Of a stretch of DNA of 39,270 nucleotides, positions 18,861 to 26,511 are shown one piece after another. Source of the DNA: Acholeplasmataceae bacterium (GTDB lineage: Bacteria; Bacillota_I; Bacilli_A; ML615J-28; CAG-698); the NCBI GenBank assembly GCA_012839485.1, contig DUNF01000030.1, forward strand, positions 1 through 39,270, in the 5' to 3' direction. Positions within the stretch are counted from its first letter, which is position 1, and each line of letters opens with the position of its first letter. A program made the translations under genes and the position numbers. The notes below the pieces were generated by a model. It had not been told where the DNA came from. It worked only from the letters and a program-made list of their open reading frames with translations, and made no database searches.

Positions 18861-20447
18861 ATGAACAAATTAATTGTTATGGCGTTATCACCTGCTGTAA
18901 CAGTAGTATTAATTGTTCTAGGCTCCATATTGCTATTAGCTGGTGGATTTGCTCTTGGCTTTTTCATAGTTCGCTCCAAACTAAAAAAAGCTGGACAATC
19001 TGCTAAAACATTTTTAGAAGTTGCTCAGAAAGAAGCTGACGAATATAAAAAGGAATTGATACTTGGTGCAAAACAAGAAGTTCATCTATTAAAACAAGAA
19101 TTTGAAAAAGAAAATAGAGAACGTACAAATTATTTAAATTCTTTAGAAAATAAAGTAAATCAAAGGGAAGAAAGATTAGATAATCGTAGCATCAATCTTG
19201 ATAAAAGAGAAAGTACTATTTCTCGTAAAGAAGAAGCTTTAGAAAAGCAAAAAGTAGAATTAGAAGAAAAAACTAGCAAAGTGGAGACACTAGTTCAAGA
19301 ACAAACAGAAAAATTATTGGAAATTTCTAAACTAGACAAAGAAGAAGCAAAGAAGATAGTTCTAAAACAAGTTGAAGAAGAAATGGATTTAGAAATATCT
19401 CAGATTGTGAAAGAGGGAGTTGACAAAGCTAACGCCGAAGTTCATAAGAAAACGAAGGAACTTTTAACACAAGTTATTCAAACTTATGCAGGCGAGATTG
19501 TAGCTGAACAAACAGTTTCAGTAGTTAACTTACCTAACGATGAAATGAAGGGAAGGATAATAGGAAGAGAAGGAAGAAACATCCGTGCTTTAGAAGCTGC
19601 AACTGGAGTTGATTTGATTATCGACGATACACCAGAAGCTGTAGTTGTTTCTTGTTTTGATCCTGTTAGAAGAGAAGTTGCTAGAAGAACTTTAGAAGCT
19701 TTAATTTCTGATGGTAGAATTCAACCAACAAGAATTGAAGAAATTGTTCAAAAGTTTGAAAAAGAAATGGAACTTGAAATTAAAGAAGCTGGAGATAAAG
19801 CAGTTTATGATACAGGTATTGGCCGTGTACATCCAGAATTAGTAAAATTACTTGGAAGATTAAAATTCCGTACTAGTTATGGCCAAAATGCTCTAGCTCA
19901 TTCAATTGAAGTTGCAATGATTGCAGGTAATCTAGCAGTTGAAATTGGAGAAAACGAAATCGTAGCTCGCCGCGCAGGCTTATTCCATGATATTGGAAAA
20001 GCAGTAGATACTACTATGGAAGGTAGTCACGTAGAGTTAGGTGCTGATATTGTAAGAAGATATCGTGAAAGACCAGAAGTTATTGATGCCGTATTAAGCC
20101 ATCATGGAGATGAAACAGCTAATTCAATTATTGCTGTTTTAGTGGCAACAGCTGATACTATTTCTGCCGCTCGTCCAGGAGCAAGAAACGAATCTATCGA
20201 AGCATATATCAAACGTTTAGAAACCCTAGAAGCCCTAGTTTCAAAACACAAAGGTGTAGAGCGTAGCTATGCATTACAAGCTGGTAGAGAAATCAGAGTA
20301 ATGGTTAAGCCAGCAGAAATTAATGATGCCCAAGCAGAAAAATTAGCTCTAGAATTAAAGAAAGAAATTGAAAAAGAACTTACTTACCCAGGCACAATTA
20401 AGATTACAGTAATTAGAGAAACAAGGGTAAATCAAGTTGCAAAATAG
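18861..20447 (+). CDS. rny: Ribonuclease Y
   Basis: N-terminal TM helix, coiled-coil region, KH domain (GRIIGREGRNIRALE) and HD domain (LFHDIGKA, SHHGD). The ORF-track start (18849) contains the GGAGG RBS, so the real ATG is at 18861. Confidence 0.96.
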   Translation: MNKLIVMALSPAVTVVLIVLGSILLLAGGFALGFFIVRSKLKKAGQSAKTFLEVAQKEADEYKKELILGAKQEVHLLKQEFEKENRERTNYLNSLENKVNQREERLDNRSINLDKRESTISRKEEALEKQKVELEEKTSKVETLVQEQTEKLLEISKLDKEEAKKIVLKQVEEEMDLEISQIVKEGVDKANAEVHKKTKELLTQVIQTYAGEIVAEQTVSVVNLPNDEMKGRIIGREGRNIRALEAATGVDLIIDDTPEAVVVSCFDPVRREVARRTLEALISDGRIQPTRIEEIVQKFEKEMELEIKEAGDKAVYDTGIGRVHPELVKLLGRLKFRTSYGQNALAHSIEVAMIAGNLAVEIGENEIVARRAGLFHDIGKAVDTTMEGSHVELGADIVRRYRERPEVIDAVLSHHGDETANSIIAVLVATADTISAARPGARNESIEAYIKRLETLEALVSKHKGVERSYALQAGREIRVMVKPAEINDAQAEKLALELKKEIEKELTYPGTIKITVIRETRVNQVAK

Positions 20448-20473
20448 GAAATGAGCAATCATTTCCTTTTTTT
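20446..20473 (+). terminator. Intrinsic terminator after rny
   Basis: Hairpin GGAAATGA-GCAA-TCATTTCC followed by TTTTTTT. Confidence 0.8.
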
Positions 20474-20480
20474 ATAAAAA

Positions 20481-20491
20481 TGTGGTATAAT
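20481..20491 (+). promoter_or_regulatory. Candidate extended -10 promoter upstream of ymdB
   Basis: TGTGgTATAAT (TRTG -16 motif plus consensus -10). The -35 region is poor and overlaps the rny terminator. Confidence 0.5.
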
Positions 20492-20517
20492 GTTTATATT
20501 CTAGAAGGCGGTACTAA

Positions 20518-21294
20518 ATGAAAATATTAATTGTAGGGGATATTTACTCTAAACTAGGAAGAAAGGCCTTTGCTTCAGGATTAGCAAAAATTAAAGCAAA
20601 AGAGACAATTAACTTTCTTATAGTAAATGGGGAAAATATAACTCACGGAAAAGGAATGAACGAGAAACATTATAAGTGGTTACTAGAGCAAGGAGTCAAT
20701 GTAGTTACTTTAGGTAATCATGCTTTTAATAATAAAGAGATCTTTAACTATATAAACGAAGCAAAAAATATTGTAAGACCTGCAAATATGGAAACTGAAT
20801 ATGGTGTTGGATATGTTACTAAAAAATACAATGACTTAACAATTACTGTAATCCAAGTTTTAGGCCAAGTCTTTATGCCTGGTAATAATACTAAAAATCC
20901 TTTTTTGGTTGTAGATGAAATTTTAGAAAATGTGAAAAGTGATATTTATATTTGTGATTTTCATGGTGAAGCTACAAGTGAAGCTGTTGCTTTTGGTCAT
21001 TACTTTACAGGTAAAATTGATATTATTTTTGGAACTCATACACATGTTCAAACAAATGATGCTACGATTCTAAATGGAAAAACAGCTTATATTACTGATG
21101 TAGGTATGACTGGAGCTTTAGAGAGTGTAATTGGAGTTCAAAAAGATATCATCATTTCTCGTTTCTTAGGGAAAGAGACTTTAAAATTTGAACCAGAAAA
21201 TGAAGGTAAAACTCAATTTTCAGCGATTTTAGTAGAATATGATGAACAATTAAAAAAGGTTTCTAAAATAGAAACAATTAGGATTATTGAATAG
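20518..21294 (+). CDS. ymdB: YmdB-family metallophosphoesterase (2',3'-cyclic-nucleotide 2'-phosphodiesterase)
   Basis: Motifs GDIYSKLGR, VNGENITHGKG, LGNHAFN, DFHGEATSE and GTHTHVQTND. Located downstream of rny, as in Bacillus. Confidence 0.9.
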   Translation: MKILIVGDIYSKLGRKAFASGLAKIKAKETINFLIVNGENITHGKGMNEKHYKWLLEQGVNVVTLGNHAFNNKEIFNYINEAKNIVRPANMETEYGVGYVTKKYNDLTITVIQVLGQVFMPGNNTKNPFLVVDEILENVKSDIYICDFHGEATSEAVAFGHYFTGKIDIIFGTHTHVQTNDATILNGKTAYITDVGMTGALESVIGVQKDIIISRFLGKETLKFEPENEGKTQFSAILVEYDEQLKKVSKIETIRIIE

Positions 21295-21302
21295 GAGGAT
21301 CT

Positions 21303-21869
21303 ATGTTACCAATAATTGAAACAGAAAGATTAATCCTTCGTTTAATCAATGATGAAGATACACATGATTTTTATGAATTTGCCAAGTTGCCAGATGTTGC
21401 TCATTTAGCTGGTTGGAGACCACATGTGAATGAAAAAGAAACAAAAATTGTTATTAGAATGTCTCGTGATAAAATTAGGTTTGGGCAGTTAGGTAATTTT
21501 GCCATTATTTTAAAAGAAACAGGAAAAATGATTGGCACAATTGAACTTCACAGTTATACTAAAGATTATAAAGCAGAGTTAGGATTTTGTCTTAATCCAA
21601 AGTATTGGAATCAAGGTTATATAACAGAAGCAGCTAAAGCAGTAGTTATTTGGGGATTTGATGAAGTACATTTAAAAAGAATTGAGGCTCATACTTTTTT
21701 AGACAATCTATCATCACAAAAGGTCTTAGAAAAACTTAATTTTACTTTTGAAGGGATTAAGAAAAAAGGATATCAAGCTCACGATGGTAAAACTTATGAT
21801 GTAAAGGCCTATGGTATTACAGATGATGACTTTTATAATTTAGTAAGAAAAAACGGGATTAAACAATAA
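21303..21869 (+). CDS. GNAT-family N-acetyltransferase (RimJ/RimL-like)
   Basis: N-terminal ETERLILR motif, acetyl-CoA-binding-type segment NQGYITEAAKAVV, ~190 aa. RBS AGGAGG. Confidence 0.8.
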   Translation: MLPIIETERLILRLINDEDTHDFYEFAKLPDVAHLAGWRPHVNEKETKIVIRMSRDKIRFGQLGNFAIILKETGKMIGTIELHSYTKDYKAELGFCLNPKYWNQGYITEAAKAVVIWGFDEVHLKRIEAHTFLDNLSSQKVLEKLNFTFEGIKKKGYQAHDGKTYDVKAYGITDDDFYNLVRKNGIKQ

Positions 21870-21882
21870 TCCCGATTTTTTT
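21847..21882. terminator. Bidirectional terminator embedded in the overlapping 3' ends of two convergent genes
   Basis: Hairpin CGGGATTA-AACAA-TAATCCCG (21854-21874) is flanked by an A-run (21847-21853) and a T-run (21876-21882). Both stop codons (21867-21869 on plus, 21859-21861 on minus) lie inside the hairpin. Confidence 0.7.
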
Positions 21883-22899
21883 ATATAAATTATTTGTAAA
21901 ATATTCATTTTCTAAAGGAATCCATTCATTTAAAAATTGTAGGTAAACAGCTGGTGTTTCTCTTTGTTTTAAACGACTAATTTGTTCTTTTTTACTTAAT
22001 GTTAGAAAGACGCTAGCATCATAATAAGGAAATAGTTTTTCATGTAAACTATAAACACCTTCAAAAACAATAAGATTAGAAGTTTCAATTGTTACCGGAT
22101 AGTATTCTTGGATCTTGCAATCAAAAGCTTGATAAGTATAAGTAGTATTGTGTTTAATTTCTCTTAAAACTTTTTCTATTTCTTCATAATTAATATTACC
22201 ACCTATTTCTGCTAGCCTTTCTTTAGTTTTTAAAAAGTTAGGTAAAAAGAAATGGTCAATATGAATAATAGTTGCGTTATATTTTTCTTTTAAAGTTTGG
22301 GCTACAGTACTTTTACCAGAGCTAGATCTACCATCAATTGCAATGATTAGTTTGTCTTTTTCTTTGATTAAATTATCAAGAAAATAAAACAAATGAAAAT
22401 CTTTTAATCCTGGAGTTAAATTGGAACTTTGAATAATACGATAGTGAGGATCATATGTTTTTTTGAAAGATTCGCTATGGTGAATAGCTGGATATCCTGC
22501 CTTTTTATAATCTTCTATCTTCTTTAAAGAATCATCATAATCTAAGGCTATTTCTTTAGATTTAATTAAATCTAAAAGAAGAGCTAATTTTTCATTCATA
22601 CTTTCAATTGACCCTTGATTGTTGTTAATAGTTTCTTTAAAAGAATCAAACAAGTAGTGAAGTGAAAACTCAGAAGCTTTATAGTTCCCAAGATTTACTC
22701 TTACAATATCCTCGCTTATATATTCGTATAAAAACTTACTATTAGGTTTTGCTTTTTCATATTCTTGAACCAAAAAAGCATAACTATCGTTTGTAATAGT
22801 TTCATTTAGGTGATATTCACTTTGGTGGATCATTTTGATATAATCTTCAATTTCTGATTTAGGATAATGAAGAGCAAAATAAAGCAAATATTTTTTCAT
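21859..22899 (-). CDS. Two-domain protein: uncharacterised N-terminal domain (~170 aa) plus a C-terminal P-loop nucleoside/uridine-kinase-like domain
   Basis: Walker A IAIDGRSSSGKST (aa 186-198) is followed by IIHIDHFF and a VFEGVY-type Walker B-like strand, resembling the uridine kinase/PRK family. The N-terminal half (HYPKSEIEDYIKMIHQSEYH...) has no function I can assign. Confidence 0.6.
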   Translation of the reverse strand: MKKYLLYFALHYPKSEIEDYIKMIHQSEYHLNETITNDSYAFLVQEYEKAKPNSKFLYEYISEDIVRVNLGNYKASEFSLHYLFDSFKETINNNQGSIESMNEKLALLLDLIKSKEIALDYDDSLKKIEDYKKAGYPAIHHSESFKKTYDPHYRIIQSSNLTPGLKDFHLFYFLDNLIKEKDKLIIAIDGRSSSGKSTVAQTLKEKYNATIIHIDHFFLPNFLKTKERLAEIGGNINYEEIEKVLREIKHNTTYTYQAFDCKIQEYYPVTIETSNLIVFEGVYSLHEKLFPYYDASVFLTLSKKEQISRLKQRETPAVYLQFLNEWIPLENEYFTNNLYKKIGIIV

Positions 22900-23005
22900 A
22901 CCTCACCTCTATTAAGCATATTCTAACACAAGAATTTCTAATATACAATATACTTGTATTTAAATATTAGTAAATGTTAATTTATAAATTTAAATCTAAA
23001 CCTCA

Positions 23006-23034
23006 TTGACAAAACAATAAAAATTTGATAGAGT
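23006..23034 (+). promoter_or_regulatory. Candidate sigma-A promoter driving the c-di-AMP riboswitch operon
   Basis: -35 TTGACA (23006-23011), 17-nt spacer, TGaTAGAGT (23026-23034). Confidence 0.55.
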
Positions 23035-23037
23035 AAT

Positions 23038-23150
23038 AATGATCTCCGAATCATTCGAGTGGGGGACCCAGGTCTTGGGGTGAATCGCTTAAGCAAAGCG
23101 TAAGGCAACTTAATTGCCTGAACCCGTCAGCTAACCTCATAGGAGTGATT
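23038..23150 (+). promoter_or_regulatory. c-di-AMP riboswitch aptamer (ydaO/yuaA class)
   Basis: The class hallmarks occur in the right order: CCGAATC (23046-23052), GGGGGACCCA (23061-23070), GGGGTGAATC (23077-23086) and GAACCCGTCAGCTAACCTC (23120-23138). The element sits in a 5' leader between a promoter and a terminator hairpin. Boundaries are approximate. Confidence 0.85.
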
Positions 23151-23153
23151 AAG

Positions 23154-23180
23154 CGTATAACTATAGTTATGCGTTTTTTT
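23154..23180 (+). terminator. Riboswitch expression-platform terminator
   Basis: An 8-bp hairpin CGTATAAC-TATA-GTTATGCG (one G-U pair) followed by TTTTTTT, directly upstream of the RBS GGAGG (23190-23194). Confidence 0.6.
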
Positions 23181-23203
23181 AATATAAACGGAGGTTGATT
23201 AAA

Positions 23204-24565
23204 ATGGACGGAGTGTTATTTAACATTTTATTGAAAGTCGCAATCGTTTTGATTGTTGGCTTTATTGGAGGACAGGTAGCTAAAGCTTTAAAATTGCCTA
23301 ATGTTTCTGGCTATTTAGTATTTGGTGTATTATTAGGGCCATCACTAGGATTAATCGTTCCTGGTTTTAAAGGATTAATTAATGCTAATGATCAAGATAC
23401 TTTGAGATTTATTAGCGAAATGGCTTTAGCGTTTATTGCTTTTAGTATTGGTAGTGAATTTAATGTAGCTAATATTAAAAAGCAAGGTAAGGAGATTACA
23501 ATCCTGACAGCATTTGAGGTATTAGGAGCAGTAGTGTTAGTATTCTTATTAATGCTAGTTGTACCAAAACCGCAAAGTTTTAATGAAGCACATGGAATTA
23601 TTGGTTATGAGCCTTTCGCAAAACCAAATATTGCAATGTCAATGGTACTTGCAAGTATGTCAGCAGCAACAGCTCCAGCAGCAACGTTGATGGTTATTAG
23701 ACAATATCGAGCTTATGGCCCAGTTACAAGAGCAATCTTGCCAATTACTGCTTTAGATGATATTTTTGGTATTATTGTATTTGGATTCTTTAGTTCAATT
23801 GCCCAAATATTAGTACCATCATCAGGAGTTGATATGCCATTATGGTTAATGATTAGTAAACCATTTATTGAAGTATTTGGTTCAATGATCATAGGTGCTG
23901 TTATTGGTATAGTATTATCTTATGCTGCAAGGAAGTTTGATCGTGAAAGAGATAATATTCAAGTATTAGCTGTTGCATCAATTGTGTTAACAGTAGGGTT
24001 ATTTAGTTTATTAAATCATGACAAAGTATTAGGTCAATACGGAATTAGTCTTTCATCATTATTATCTAGTATTGTGACTGGAGCAATGATAGCTAATCTT
24101 ACAAGAAGACCAGATCGTACATTCCAATCAGTTAATGATTTTACTACACCATTCTATATTATTTTCTTTACAATGGCTGGTGCTAGTTTAGATTTAGGAA
24201 TTTTAAAAGTGGAGTGGATGATAGCAATTGTAGCATTAGTATACATCTTTGCTCGTGGATTTGGAAAATACATAGGTACTTATATAGGAGCAAGAATAGC
24301 TAGGAGCAATCCGAATGTTCGAAAGTGGCTGGGATTAGGGTTATTACCTCAAGGAGGGATCTCAATTGGGTTGTTAGTAATTGTTGGGGCAACATTGCCA
24401 TCTATGTATCCAATTATTTCCACAATCATTATGTTAAGCATTTTAGTATATGAAACGACAGGACCAATCTTTGCGAAGATTTCAATATCTAAAGCAGGAG
24501 AAATTAATGGTCTTGATAAATTACAAGAATTATCAAGTGTGGAAGACTTGGTTCCACAAGAATAG
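23204..24565 (+). CDS. Cation:proton antiporter, CPA2 (Kef/Na_H_Exchanger) family, with no fused RCK domain
   Basis: Polytopic protein with GGQVAKALKLPNVSGYLVFGVLLGPS, typical of CPA2 N-termini. The ORF-track start at 23195 is a TTG overlapping the RBS, and the ATG at 23204 lies 9 nt after GGAGG. Confidence 0.85.
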   Translation: MDGVLFNILLKVAIVLIVGFIGGQVAKALKLPNVSGYLVFGVLLGPSLGLIVPGFKGLINANDQDTLRFISEMALAFIAFSIGSEFNVANIKKQGKEITILTAFEVLGAVVLVFLLMLVVPKPQSFNEAHGIIGYEPFAKPNIAMSMVLASMSAATAPAATLMVIRQYRAYGPVTRAILPITALDDIFGIIVFGFFSSIAQILVPSSGVDMPLWLMISKPFIEVFGSMIIGAVIGIVLSYAARKFDRERDNIQVLAVASIVLTVGLFSLLNHDKVLGQYGISLSSLLSSIVTGAMIANLTRRPDRTFQSVNDFTTPFYIIFFTMAGASLDLGILKVEWMIAIVALVYIFARGFGKYIGTYIGARIARSNPNVRKWLGLGLLPQGGISIGLLVIVGATLPSMYPIISTIIMLSILVYETTGPIFAKISISKAGEINGLDKLQELSSVEDLVPQE

Positions 24566-24576
24566 GAGAATAAATT

Positions 24577-24936
24577 ATGAACGTATTATTTATTGTATTA
24601 AACGATTTAGCGTATCTAGATGAAATTTTAGAAGAGTTTGTAGCGTTAAAAGTTAGAGGAGCTACTATTATTGAATCAGAAGGAATGGCAGCAGCTATTC
24701 TAAAAAGAGATGGACTTGGTGGTTTATTAGGTGGTGGTTTATTTAAAGTTGAAACTAAAGATATCCAACAAAACTCTAAAACTATTTTTACAGTTATACC
24801 AGATGAAGAAACACTAGAAAAAGCAGTTAATTCTGTAAGAAAGATTGTAGAAAGATCAAGACAAAAAACAGTAGGATTTATGTTTACTGTTCCTGTTTCA
24901 GGAATTTATCCTTTATCGCCTAAAAAACCTAAATAA
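24577..24936 (+). CDS. Small PII-like (GlnB-fold) protein, uncharacterised, co-transcribed with the antiporter
   Basis: 119 aa with a beta-alpha-beta pattern twice (MNVLFIVLND..LDEILEEFVALKVRGATIIESEG ... TIFTVIPDEETLEKAVNSVRKIV) and a Gly-rich loop between them (T-loop-like). Only 11 nt after the antiporter stop, with its own RBS AGGAG. The fold assignment is inference. Confidence 0.45.
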   Translation: MNVLFIVLNDLAYLDEILEEFVALKVRGATIIESEGMAAAILKRDGLGGLLGGGLFKVETKDIQQNSKTIFTVIPDEETLEKAVNSVRKIVERSRQKTVGFMFTVPVSGIYPLSPKKPK

Positions 24937-24980
24937 CCTACCTTTCAAATAGGCGATTAAAGAAATATTAAAAAAGAAAA

Positions 24981-25006
24981 ATAAGAGGCTTGCCTCTTAT
25001 TTTTTA
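24981..25006 (+). terminator. Intrinsic terminator after the antiporter/PII-like operon
   Basis: Hairpin ATAAGAGGC-TT-GCCTCTTAT followed by TTTTT. Confidence 0.78.
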
Positions 25007-25043
25007 TTATTTGGCTTAAAAATATACTAAATCTTTACATTAC

Positions 25044-25077
25044 TTGACTTGTTATGTTATACCCTTTATGATATAAT
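25044..25077 (+). promoter_or_regulatory. Candidate miaB promoter abutting the start codon
   Basis: -35 TTGACT (25044-25049). Two -10 options exist: TATGAT (25067-25072, 17-nt spacer) and the extended TGaTATAAT (25069-25077). The ATG is at 25084. Confidence 0.55.
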
Positions 25078-25083
25078 CTTGAT

Positions 25084-26511
25084 ATGAAAAAACAACAAGA
25101 GAAATATATTGAACCATCTCTAAGCTGTGCTCGTAAGAGAACTAAAGATGAAGTTGAATACTCTGAATTTGCATTTAATCCAAGAGTGTTAGGTTTAGGA
25201 AAAGGAAAAACCTATTTACTCAAGACTTTTGGTTGTCAAGCAAATTTATCTGATAGTGAAAAGATAAGAGGAATTTTAAATCATTTAGGTTTTAAGGAAA
25301 CAGTAGAGGAAAAAGAAGCAGATTTAATTTTATTAAATACTTGTGCAGTTAGAAAAACAGCAGAAGATCGCTCTTTTGGGGAAATAGGAAGAATTAAAAG
25401 TTTAAAGAAAACAAATCATAATTTAATAATTGGTATGTGTGGTTGTATGCCTCAAGAAGAAGCAACAATTAATACCTTAAAGGAAAAACATCCAGAAATT
25501 GATTTAGTATTTGGAACCCATAATATTAATTTGTTACCTGAATATTTAGAAAGAATTTTGATTAATAAGGAGAAAGTTATTGAAGTCTTTTCGGTTGAAG
25601 GTAATGTTATTGAGGGGATGCCGAAGGTAAGAGATCATAAAATTAAAGCTTGGGTTGATATTATGTATGGCTGTGATGAGTTCTGTACATATTGTATTGT
25701 TCCTTACACGAGAGGAAAAGAAAGATCAAGGAAGAGAGAAGATATCTTAAATGAGATAAAAGTTTTAGTTAAAGAAGGATATAAGGAAGTTACTTTACTT
25801 GGCCAAAATGTAAATGCTTATAGTGATGGCGATTTTGGTTTTGGAGATTTACTTGAAGCAATAGCTAGAACTAACATTCCTCGAATTAGGTTTACTACAT
25901 CTCATCCTCGTGATTTAGATTTAAGAACAATTGAAGTTATGGGTAAGTATCCTAATATAATGCCCCATTTACATTTACCTGTTCAATCGGGAAGTAATGA
26001 TATTTTGAAGAAGATGAATCGTAAATATACTAGAGAAGTTTATTTAGAAAAAGTTGAGAAGTTAAGGAAATCAGTACCAGGAATTTCTCTAACTACGGAT
26101 ATTATTGTAGCTTTTCCTAATGAAACTGAAAGTGACTTTTTAGATACTTTATCTTTAGTTAAAGAAGCAGGTTTTGAAGGGGCATATACTTTTATTTTTT
26201 CTAAAAGAGAAGGGACTCCAGCTTTTAAATATGAAAGTAATGTTTTACCAAAAGAAGCTAAAGAAAGATTACTTAAGTTAAATGAGGAAATCAACCAAGG
26301 ATTCTTAAAAGGAAATAAGAGATTTGAAAAAGAGATTGTGAAGGTATTGGTTGATGGATTCAGTGATAAAGATGAATCAGTGTTATCTGGGTATACAGAA
26401 CACAATAAGTTAGTTAATTTTAACGGAGATAAATCTTTAATAGGAGAGATTGTAGATGTTAAGATTACTAAAGCATATACATGGCATTTGAAAGGAGAAT
26501 TACAAAAATGA
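25084..26511 (+). CDS. miaB: tRNA-2-methylthio-N6-dimethylallyladenosine synthase (radical-SAM methylthiotransferase)
   Basis: UPF0004 domain TFGCQANLSDSE, radical-SAM CDEFCTYCIVPYTRGKERS and a C-terminal TRAM domain. The N-terminal YIEPSL..ARKR..EV segment resembles B. subtilis YmcB/MiaB. Confidence 0.93.
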   Translation: MKKQQEKYIEPSLSCARKRTKDEVEYSEFAFNPRVLGLGKGKTYLLKTFGCQANLSDSEKIRGILNHLGFKETVEEKEADLILLNTCAVRKTAEDRSFGEIGRIKSLKKTNHNLIIGMCGCMPQEEATINTLKEKHPEIDLVFGTHNINLLPEYLERILINKEKVIEVFSVEGNVIEGMPKVRDHKIKAWVDIMYGCDEFCTYCIVPYTRGKERSRKREDILNEIKVLVKEGYKEVTLLGQNVNAYSDGDFGFGDLLEAIARTNIPRIRFTTSHPRDLDLRTIEVMGKYPNIMPHLHLPVQSGSNDILKKMNRKYTREVYLEKVEKLRKSVPGISLTTDIIVAFPNETESDFLDTLSLVKEAGFEGAYTFIFSKREGTPAFKYESNVLPKEAKERLLKLNEEINQGFLKGNKRFEKEIVKVLVDGFSDKDESVLSGYTEHNKLVNFNGDKSLIGEIVDVKITKAYTWHLKGELQK

